Shown here: positions 13,411 to 24,777 of the stretch, in pieces
How the letters are laid out: every line of letters starts with the position of its first letter
Position numbering within the stretch: position 1 is the stretch's first letter
Assembly (NCBI RefSeq): GCF_006345805.1
Contig: NC_043004.1
Coordinates: 38,936,001-39,000,000 of the forward strand
Reading direction: 5' to 3'
DNA length: 64,000 nt
Origin: Octopus sinensis
Lineage: Eukaryota
Position numbers and translations under genes: made by a program
Notes under the pieces: model-generated
Told to the model about the DNA's origin: nothing
Databases searched by the model: none
Seen by the model: only the letters and a program-made list of their open reading frames with translations

Positions 13411-13444
<34 letters not shown>

Positions 13445-13502
13445 CCTGTCACTTGATACATTCATTAAGGTTATTTTATCCGTAATTCTATATAAAATAT
13501 CA

Positions 13503-13600
13503 ACCCAGGGCTATAGTAAGATACACCAACCTTTGTGGGACTGAACTCAGAGCCATGTAATTGGGAAGCACATTTCTTACTACGCAGCCACGCGTGCGCC
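13503..13600 (-). mobile_element. SINE tRNA-like head fragment
   Basis: Minus strand ggcgcacgcgtggctgcgtagtaagaaatgtgcttcccaattacatggctctgagttcagtcccac, same family as the 3240-3292 head. Confidence 0.7.
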
Positions 13601-14299
13601 AATATAATATACATATATTTTTCAAAAGCCCAATTTTCATCGCTCCAAATTAGCATTCTAACTGTATTCTTTGAAATTAAACAATCACTTTTAAACAGAA
13701 GTGTTTAAACATAATTGACAATTGCCTCTAAGTACATTAGTAACGCATACACTTCATAGATTCAGATAATGAAATTTACACGCTGTATAAATTCTCAATT
13801 TATTTGATATCAGATAAAGTTACAAACGTTCGATAAATTTGTTTCACTTTTTCAAATATTACGGCATTTGTAAAGAAGTAATTGGGTGAAAAGCTACTTT
13901 TAGGAATATCGATATTTATTTAGTGAAAATAAATTTTAATAATAATCACAGTATTTTGTGGGATTTTCGCCTATTGAAACACTGATCGTATTATTGACGC
14001 AAGAAGGTCAAACGTGATTTTAGGTGACAGAAAAATACAATATAGTTTACGTCTACCAAATCCATCTGTATATAAATATATATTTATTCTACGGTTCCTT
14101 TCAGTTTCCGTATTGTATGTCCCCTCACATGGTTTCTGGTGACCCAGAGCTATTGTAGATGATACCTACCCAAGGTTCCAGGCAGAAGGAATCTTGAACA
14201 TGGTCATATATTTGAAGCAGAATAGATATACATATATACATATGTATGTATGTGCATATATATATTTACATATATATACACATACACACACATATATAT

Positions 14300-14351
<52 letters not shown>

Positions 14352-14477
14352 TACATATATATATATAATATATTCATGTATATATATATGTGTGTGTGTG
14401 TGTACATATATATGTATATGAATATATGTGTGGCATTGGTATCCAGAAGACCCAAGGTGACAGGTAACGCTATGTAA

Positions 14478-15677
14478 GTGCAATGGAAGGACAGTAGCTA
14501 AACTCTCGGTTCGATAACGGTACGAGTGAGGAGTCTAATGCGGGTGTTGTATTAGCATCTATGTGTTAAATAAAATGAGACAGCAAAGCCAAGGCCGTGT
14601 GGAATTTTCAGGTCATTTATAAAGAGAAAGCTAGTTTTACAGCTGCTTCTAGGATATTAGGGATATTCCTTCATCAGAGACGATGTGAAATCGTCAAATA
14701 GAGGGAAATATTAAAGTTCAATATAAGGAGTTATTTTGGAAAGGAAAGGAAATAAGGAGTATGTAGGGAAATGTGCTGTTCATTCAAAGAGGTCTTGTGG
14801 TATGAGGGAAAATTTGGGAATGTATTGGTTGACTATTCTTAGTTTTCATCCTTTCCGTTTTGAGTTTTACTACTCGAATGTAGTGATTGACCATTCCTAG
14901 TATTCTTGCCTTCCGTTTCGAGGTTTACTACTCACTTTAGAAATCCAGTTCCTATACCTTTTTCTGTATCCTTCCCTTAGTACCATTCTAATATATCACC
15001 CCACCTCACACACCTCACACATATTCATTACTTACATTCTTATCTCTTCCTACACTTCCCCAACTCCTCTCTCATCCCCTCATAAAATCTTGACCACCAA
15101 CTAGCACTCGTTTCCCCCCTTTTTGCACTTTATAACACTCATTTTTCTCATTTTCTCTTCTTGTTTTCATTTTTACTTCCTCTTTCTTTCCTTCTTCTTT
15201 TCTCCCCTTTTATTTTCACATCTCTCCATATTTTAATATTCACATCTTTTCTACCTCTCTATCCACTTAATACTACCACTACATTCTTAAATTTTCCTTC
15301 ACACTACAAGACACCTTTGAATGAACAGCACATGGAATCTACATCTCCCAACTTCCAATTTGTAATGATAAAATATGAACTCCTACTGGAATTTACATAC
15401 CACGGACAAGAAACATTTCTACCACTTTCCTTGGATAATGAAATGGCAACTATAACATCTTTATATATTTTTATTTTTATTTTTACATTCATTCCCTATA
15501 TACACTTTATTTTCTTCCTTTTCTAAAATAACTCCTTGTATTCAACTCTAATATTTCCCTCTATTTAATCATCTCACATGGTCTCTGATGAAGAGATCCC
15601 CTCTAAGACTAACTTTCTCTTTATAAATGTCCTGAAAATTCTACACAACCTAGGCTTTGTTGTCTCATTTTGTTTAA
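14478..15677. mobile_element. Non-autonomous PLE-like unit with about 200-bp inverted arms carrying degenerate hammerheads
   Basis: 14566-14773 is an imperfect inverted repeat of 15490-15677. The arms carry GTCT-CTGATGA cores (14671-14677 minus, 15585-15591 plus). Homologous to 50586-50800 and 61892-62149; (TA)-rich microsatellites lie on both sides. Confidence 0.65.
14634..14681 (-). ncRNA. Degenerate minimal hammerhead (GAAG instead of GAAA)
   Basis: Minus strand GTCT CTGATGA AGGAATATCCCTAATATCCTA GAAG CAGCTG TA AAAC. Confidence 0.55.
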
Positions 15678-15689
15678 TGTGAATAAATA

Positions 15690-15692
15690 TAC

Positions 15693-15778
<86 letters not shown>

Positions 15779-15932
15779 TATATATATACATATATTCAAT
15801 ACTGATGTGGTCAAGCAAAACATATATACATATATATCCAGTAGTGTTGTTGTCAAGTAATATATATACACACACACACACAGACATATACTCTGTCACA
15901 CACATACACACACATATATATGCGTGTGTGTG

Positions 15933-15986
<54 letters not shown>

Positions 15987-16010
15987 GTGTGTGTGTGTGT
16001 GTGTGTGTCT
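15690..16010. repeat. Compound (TA)/(CA)/(TG) microsatellite
   Basis: Direct reading. Confidence 0.93.
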
Positions 16011-16495
16011 GTTCATGTAGAAGTTTGCTATCACGCATGTCATTCATGTTTAGTCTTAGGTCAGCTTTGATCAATTCTTTCTATCGTTTGTAAATCCAAA
16101 CTGCGTATATAGATAAACATATATATGTATGTATATGTATGTATGCATGTATGTATGTATGTATGTATGTATGCATGTATGTGTGTATGCATTCTCATTT
16201 GTTTGTGTATGTATGCGTGTGTATCAATTTTACATGTTTCTACGTGCCTTCAAAGCTATCAGGATCAAAGTTGTCTCTCTTGAATGAGTTATCAAAATAG
16301 GAATTATCCATTGTTTCAATTTTATCTTCACTTACGTTATTCTGTCTATACAAAAGAAAATTTCAAATATGGTTTTATAGTCAGAGAACAGCAACACATG
16401 CATTGTGTATGCGTGGAAGTGAGTGGGTGGGTACGAGAGAGAAAGAGAGAAAGAGTTCAAATATCATATGCAGTTTTCATACCCTAAATATATAT

Positions 16496-16540
<45 letters not shown>

Positions 16541-16905
16541 GTTTACCTTCGAGTATTAAAATGCACATCAAATATGTTAAACTCTTCCTTACGTACAACG
16601 GATAATACGGCACTATATTTCTTGTATTTAGTTTCCTGTATAATTCCAGTGCTTACTTCTTTTTCTCTAGTTTTAGATTAAACATTCACTTGCCTGTGAT
16701 TGAAATCTTCCATTTAAAATTATTTCGTTACCATCATTTCACTAGAGAAGTTAATGTTATTTGCATGGAGATGTTCTTATGTGACTGCCATAAATGTAAA
16801 CCGAAACCAAAAGGAGCTAAAGTGAAAGGGTTACTCTGTGGTACCTTGAGCTGGGAAGAATAAAATCCAAATCTTTCTCAAACGACACACCATTAATATA
16901 TTAAC

Positions 16906-17211
16906 ATCACGCGATCACGTGACCGACCAGACCATCAGATGTTGCTACACATTGCTGGTCACAATGCGTTCGCATTGTTTTAGCTTTCGAATGACACCAC
17001 CTCGCTGGCTAAGCGAGCAGGCCAACAGAAGAAAGAGTGGGAGAAAGAGTGGCGAAAGAGTACAGCAGGGATCACCACCCCTGCCGTAGCCTCGTGGAGC
17101 TTTCAGGTGTTTTCGCTCAATAAACACTCACAACGCCCGGTCTAGGAATCGAAACCGCGACCCTACGACCGCAAGTCCGCTGCCCTAACCACTAGGCCAT
17201 TGCGCCTCCAC
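16906..17211 (-). mobile_element. tRNA-derived SINE (second family, tRNA-Arg-like head)
   Basis: Head gtggaggcgcaatggcctagtggttagggcagcggacttgcggtcgtagggtcgcggtttcgattcc with A and B boxes; body aaacacctgaaagctccacgaggct shared with 31253-31538 and 49150-49338. Confidence 0.85.
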
Positions 17212-17414
17212 ATATATATGGATTTCTTTTCTTATGAATCTGCTAAAGTTCAACAGCCGCAGTACATTCAGTTCCAACAATTTTAGCAAGGTTCTGTAAC
17301 ATACATACACGATCACACACACATATACACACGCTCACATATACACACACATACATATACACATAAGTTCATACATATAGACACACACACACACATACAT
17401 ATATACATGTATAC

Positions 17415-17434
17415 AGATAGAGATAGATAGATGA

Positions 17435-17487
<53 letters not shown>

Positions 17488-17515
17488 CAGATAGATAGAC
17501 AGATAGATAGACAGT

Positions 17516-17591
<76 letters not shown>

Positions 17592-17606
17592 CAGATAGAT
17601 AGACAA

Positions 17607-17701
<95 letters not shown>
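17415..17701. repeat. (GATA)n microsatellite with GACA interruptions
   Basis: Direct reading. Confidence 0.97.
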
Positions 17702-17702
<1 letters not shown>

Positions 17703-20700
17703 GATCAATTATTTATATCGTGAAGGAAAATATGTTTTCGAAATATAAAATTTCTCAGACATTTAAACCTGTACGTGAAAATGTGTTTGCATATTTATTG
17801 TGTGAAGCTTTAAAATATATGAAAATGTACAATGATTACTGGCTCGCAGTTTTTGCTTTTTCTACATAAACATCAGAGCTGACAATGCACAGGCTTAGTA
17901 AGTTGCTGTTATTTCCATATGTTTCACAAAATCACGTAAATATCTCAAAACTGAATGAAATTCTCCTCGGCATAATTAATACTTACTGAAAGTGATACAT
18001 CTGAACAATTTCAGGAACTTTGGAGAAAATACACTGCAGTATTCTTTTGTGGTGTTTTATTATTGGAGTTCAAAAGCTGTGGAATTCATGTTTTGCTTTC
18101 ATCAGTCAAATTCTGAGGTCGGAGCATTCAAATTTTCCCTGCTTATAAGTTTCTGACCTATACCTATGTCACAAACGAATGTATTACATGCAAAAACAAT
18201 AATGATGTATCGTTTATGTACATTAAACGTGATGATATGTGCATGCATTACCTTTTACAAGGAAAAGGTAGAAGGGAATTCGAAGTTATTAAATTTATAC
18301 TCCACATGAAAGTATTGTGCTTAATATTCCATTGATTACATATTTGTATGACACCACAAACAACGTACATAAGAACGACACACGCAGTGATTGCACTAAA
18401 TGAACCCAAACCAATATGGAAAGATAAGAAAATACCTATGAACAACGAAATCAAACCACTGCGTGTACATCCCATTTCCGGTACACATGCGAGACATGCA
18501 CTCTTGCAGCAGACATTCAGAGGAAGACACCTGCATTAGTAATGAAATACTGCCGTATCAGTTTCAGTATTTCGTACTCGAACTACAATACGAGTAATCA
18601 GGTTTGCGAAACGTTCGCTTCCATAAAAATATTCTCACAATTGTGAGGAAAAGAAAGCGTGAATGTTATCGCTATATAACAAGATCCAATAGCGTTTCAA
18701 ACACCATTCCTCAATGCATCATGAAAGGTGAAGATGAAAAGATGGACAACAAAATCAGTGAATGGAAGAGTAAATCCTCAGCAGACACGCTTGGTCTGGC
18801 ACACAACGTCTATGAGAGCGAACACTAATACACAGTTTTTATATACCCCTATGTATTCACTTGTAGGTGAGAGCTGAAGGCAAAAGACAAAGAATTGTGC
18901 ATCTAAATATGTTTATATCTTTCTGCGTGAATGTTTAATCACACAAGAAGCTGCAATTATCTTTTTCAATAAAAGGAATCGCAACAATTCCCTTGATTTC
19001 TTGAAATTTTCTTCTCCTTCTTTAAGACCCCTTATTGCATCTCACTGGGTTTTATTTCTTTCGCCCATAAAGCATAACATAAGGATTCTATCATATGTTT
19101 CGTTTTTTATTTTGCATGTCATTCACTATATCACCACCGACAAAATTCACTGTCTCCTCTCCACTTCAGTTACGTCCTGGAAATTATTCAAATTTTGATT
19201 TGCAGCAGCAGCAAAGAGGAACAATATCATATATCAAATTAGGTGTCAAAATATTCAGTCACATGTCTAAGTCGATATGTCAATAGGAAGTGATATAAGT
19301 TATATAATTACATAAGCGATGACAAACAACTTATAATAACTGTTGCCTAAGAGTCGGTTAAATAATTCATAGTGGTAAGGATATTTTGCGCATGGTAATG
19401 AAAATAATTTGTATTAGAACAATATAGCATAACACCTCTAGATATTAAATAGCTAGAATAGCAGCGAAATCTCCCTCGGAGCACGGATATACAAATAGCT
19501 GGGGTGTCACAACTGAAGTGCTTTTGATCAGGACTAAACTGGATGCAAGTAACATGAATAAAATAGTATGAATCAGAATATTCTATAGACAACATACTGT
19601 TTTTAATGAGCCTACGTCTTAATACTGGGGTGTTTTAGATTATAAAGAAACACAAAACCTGACTGTTTTGAATATTATGCTCTTATTAAATTAGGTTTTA
19701 GTTCAACACAAGCTGTAGTGCGATAGTTTATACAACATTGTGTTACTTCGGTATGGATGAGTCACTATTGACCGAATCAATAGCATACAAGTGTATTAAC
19801 CAGATATTTTACCATTCATATCTATTCTCCAGATTGTTCCGTGCAAGACGAAACAAATGTTTACATATTCAATACAGTATGTTGTTATTAGCAGCTGCAT
19901 ATCTATTTCTTGCTTTGTTAATGTGCAACACAAGGTTGAAATTCTCAGAAAGACTTTGCGATGGAAATTGAATAATATATCCTTAATTAATTGTAATTAC
20001 CCAGCTACTCAGTAGGTTAATGTCTAATCATACATAAATTCATACCATTCCTGAATATAGATAGTTTTGGCTAACTAATAATATGAAAATTAAATATAAA
20101 CGCAAAATTTATCCTTTAATTATGTAAACTCGGATATCGAATTTTGATTATGGCAGAAGTAAGAATTTTGTTTCATTGAAATCATGCATTCTTTTGTTGT
20201 ACATTTCGCTTTGGTGTGCCACAAGGCATTAAACCCTGATAAAAGTCATTGCAAAGTATCGTATTTAATTGATTATCCATACACTTCAAAGAACATTTTT
20301 CATCATTGTTCATAGTTTCACTACTCTCAGATAGATGAAATGATAAGATGTTAAAGATTCTTCGTAATTCAGTGATAAATTAACAACGGATCAATTTGGT
20401 TATATGATGTCAGTTCATAAATTCAAAGCATGAATGCTGTCAAATCCAATTATAATTCATTTCGTTCAAAAGTTTGAGATGAAGCACGTGACTAATGATA
20501 TCTAAATAAGTTTATATAACTGGCCCCTACGACTGCTGCGAGCTCTTCATATCATAAACCAAAGGGAAAAATAAATCACCACACGCCAACAGTAGAATAT
20601 TGTTTTTCTTACCTAAGGCAAAATGAAATAAATAACCCCCTGAAAGAAAAGTTTCTAATTTACTTGGAAAAATTTGGTTCTAATTTTGGCGGGATGTTGA

Positions 20701-23700
20701 GGTAGTGATTTTAAGCAGCAGCAAATAAGCGGTTTACAGTACTACATTCTGTAACATTCCTTGTTGTACCTTGAAATGCTGTGCCACACGATAAATCTGT
20801 TACAGGTGAAATTTCTCTCCAGTAGATATGTTAACAATTGCATACAACTATAAAACTGCGCAAGTAAAACTGAGAGTCAAATGATGGAATAACAACAGAT
20901 CGGCTTTAGATATTGGTGTGGAATGTCTGAACTAGTACTTTATTTCTTTGAGTTCAAAATTCATTACACTATAACATCATAGCTCAAAGGTGTTTACACA
21001 ATTACCACTGCATTAAGAGAAAAAAATGTATTTATGTTAGTTACCAGCACGGGGCACAAAGTTGGAACTGTTACAATGGCCTTTTTATACTTAGAGGGAA
21101 TTGACCTCCAAAATATTAACGTTAAGAATACTGAGTTGTAGTATATTATAGCTACAATTCTGATTATCTTCCAGACAACATTTAATTACACTACCTAAAA
21201 TAGCTCCGTTATATAGTTATGAAACAAATCGACTCCTAACGTACCATTTTCCAGATTATCGAAGTCGTAAATGAATTAAGAAAGAGTAATGGATAAATTG
21301 TGTGTTAATATATGAGAGGATGAAACAACCTAACGATATATAGATGAATATGAAGGAATACGAAAGAAACTTGCCTTTTCTCTGGAGAGGCATAAATCCT
21401 GTAGATTTAAAGGAAAGAGGAAATAGGAAGCCATCACTTTCATAATTTTCCAAATACCATTTGAAACAGGAAAAAATTATAATGGACCGATTCACTGCCA
21501 GTTATTTACAAAAGTTATGAAAGGAAAATAATTGTTGAAGCGAACTGCGAACAGTCCTGAAATTTGGGTACGGGGGGAACATTTAATCAGACACTTGAGT
21601 GAGTCTCTTTACAGGCTTGGCATTTTATCCAAATGAAGTTATTCAATCCAGCATTATTTCTTTTGTAAAAGATAATGAAACACACAAGATCAAATAGAGT
21701 TTTGAATCTGACATGGGCCATTTATAATCTTACGTGATCTCTTAGGTTATATTAGCAATATTTTAGTACAAAAATTCCATAGAAACATTAGCTATCAAAG
21801 AAATAAAATATGCAGTTATATTTTAAAGTCGAAAAATAGAATTAAGAAAAATAATAAATTGCAAAAACCAATGATTAATTATTGAAAGCATAATTGAATT
21901 ATGTTTTGTTATCGAAACAAACCATTGGGTATGTTCAGTAGCTTAAACAATATAATCACTGGAAGCGCTGATAAAATATCTAATATAAAAAAAAAAAACA
22001 ACAAAAGAATTAGATGAATTATAAATTAAATCTATAAATAAAAATATATCTTTATTTTCATTCCCGTACTCTTGTTTTCCGTATAACTGTATTGTATAAT
22101 GTGAGATGTAATGTATTTATTTTGATAATGGATGTGCATGCAGAGAATTCCTTTAATTTTTAACATTTTCATTTATTATACTTTCCCATTAGTTTATCAA
22201 TTCAATTCTTTTGTATATTCTTTTCATTTTTATTCATTCATTTATTTACTTATTTCTTTGTTTGTCTACATTTCAGTTAAAGAGTTGCTTCTATTCATGT
22301 TGTTAAACAATTACAGATTCGATTATTCTTGTTTTTGCTCGTTTATTTTTTATTATTTTCTGTCCGGTTTAAATTTTCGAAACTAGTTTAACCATTCACC
22401 TTTGATGCTGTTCATTCAGTGAACATTTATTTATCTCAATAAAATGAGAAAAGAGAAGTCTATTTCTTCTCTTTCAAAGAGGGAGAGAAGGAGAGAAATT
22501 ACACACTTCACAGAATTTAAAGCGATGGCTTCCATACCCGCCACATAATCACCTCCACTAAACTAAAATCATGCTAACAATTCAGTCGACATTACTGAAA
22601 CTTAACGAAATATTCGTCGATTCTTTTTTAAAATCGATTATCGATCGATCTAGCGTTGTGAATGAAGACTACCCGACAATCTACACCACTCAACAATCGG
22701 TTGGAATGCATATATGATTACCAAATGTTTGCTTGCAGGAATGTAATAATATCAAATAGACAATGTACTTGGAAAGCGAACTTATTTTGAAATACGGAGC
22801 ATTTGTACCACAAAAACTAGGATATCATTCTTTCTCTTTTACTCCGCAGAGCAATTTTACCAACTGAAGACGAGTTCCAATACAATCAAATATCTTGTAT
22901 TTCTTAAAATTTACCTAATGTAGCCTGATGGATCGGCTAATGTCACAATATTAGCAGCAATGGGGTAAGCTACCGGGATTATCTCAACATATATATTGAA
23001 ATCCTAATACAAACAATCTTACGCGCACATTCAGTCGGGCAGACACAAACAGACGCAAACACACATATATACTTACACAGACAGAGTCATTCATAGACAC
23101 ATACCTGCAGAAATACACGAAATATGTAGCTACTTGTGCATGTATATAAGTACGTAAGGCCGAAATGAATTTGCCTTACTCGCTGGCTGCCGCCGAGATG
23201 AATTTTTATCACTTTCTGATATTTTACGCAGTACATTAATGACAGATATTTTCTCGAAAAATTACAATAGGAACTGGCCTATCGACAGTGTTCATATATT
23301 AAGTATGATACTTAATGGATGTGCATGCAGAGAATTCCAGATTTTCATTGAGCTTGGCAGTTATTCGCAACATCAGTAAATCTTTTAATTACGAGACGAC
23401 GAATTCTAGTCCAAATACGAGTCTGGATGCGAATAGGCACCATTGAAAGACTCCATTGTGGCCAAATTGCATTTGGCTTTCTTGCTGGTTGCTGCCGAGA
23501 AGGATTTTCGCCTCCCTTTGAAATGTTTTGCTTTAACTACTTCCATAAGAGATGCTACCTCAGGACAAATATAGCAGTAACTAGCCTATCATCTGTGTAT
23601 ATACATTACGTACGATACATAGAGGGATATTCTAATTTAATACTGCCTTAATTGCGTATACGAGATATGAATATAGGTATGTGTGTGTGTGTGTGTGTGT

Positions 23701-24479
23701 GTGTGTCCGTGCGTGTGTGAGTGTGTGTGTGTAATACACGTGCATTCATACACCTTAGATACAGTCACATAAAACCAGATGTAAGTGAAAATGAAATAAG
23801 AGAGGTGTTTTTGTTACGTTTGAAGGAATTTTCTTTAAATGAAACAAACTTGTTAAAATCAAGCATTTACAACTTCTGTTTAAAAATCTAGCGGTGTAAA
23901 TTAATAAAGAAAGTAAAAAGGGACGGGAGTAGATTTGGCTGTGATTTCTTACAGTTTGACGTCTAACATGCGCAGGTTCTTGTGGTGAGAGTCTGTGATA
24001 TGGGCAAAATCACTGAAATGAAGTGTTGAATAATTGACTAGTTAATGAAACTATTGCTTAATTACAGGACCGTATTAATTGGAATTCATTGATAAATGTT
24101 TATGCAACAATAAAATAAAACCAAAAGTGTTAGATTTTACAAGAAATGTGTTTTATAGAGCGATTCGTAGAAGTGAAGCAGACACGCAATGTAAAAAATG
24201 AAATCAAAATATATCTATAAAATCGAAATCTGTGCGTAAAAATAATAATATACAAATGTAAAGCAAATACACCAGGATTAACATGTATATACAACATACA
24301 GAAAATAGCACTACTAGACACCGCGTAAATCCTACGTAAAAGACTTTCAATAAAGTAAAATTTAGAGCATCACAACAAACCACAGCACATACCCAAGGAA
24401 CGCAGAGCTGCGTTCAGTAGTGCAGTGAAAGCACGTGATAAAAATAAGAATTTTGAATAATAAAAAGGCATTGGTTTCA

Positions 24480-24694
24480 ATACCAACCATTCTGAGAAAA
24501 AAACATCTCAAAACTTTAGGATACCCTACAATCTAAGTGCATTGCAAAAGTCGGCATTACTGGGAACTGTACGCATATTGCGTAAAGTACTGCCTGTCTG
24601 AGGTCCTTGTTGTAACTTGACAAACAGGACGAACCCCCGGTAGGCACGATATCCTCAATCAAAAAGCTCACGATATTGTATACTGTGCGACTGC

Positions 24695-24695
<1 letters not shown>
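24480..24695 (+). mobile_element. 3' end of an R4/Dong-type (RLE) LINE followed by (AAT)n
   Basis: 24530-24601 translates NLSALQKSALLGTVRILRKVLPV*, the typical C-terminus of R4-clade ORFs; short 3' UTR then (AAT)n at 24696-24780. Confidence 0.72.

Positions 24696-24777
<82 letters not shown>

Noticed and set aside
15161-15526. 121-aa hydrophobic ORF
   Set aside because: T-rich low-complexity spacer of the inverted-arm element; no recognisable motif.
18545-18600. Hammerhead-like arrangement on minus strand (CTGATTA, TACTCG/CGAGTA, GAAA, TACTG/CAGTA)
   Set aside because: Core lacks G8 and no stem I pairing can be formed.
18604-18828. 74-aa ORF with plausible composition
   Set aside because: No motif or supporting gene structure visible; would need RNA-seq or homology.
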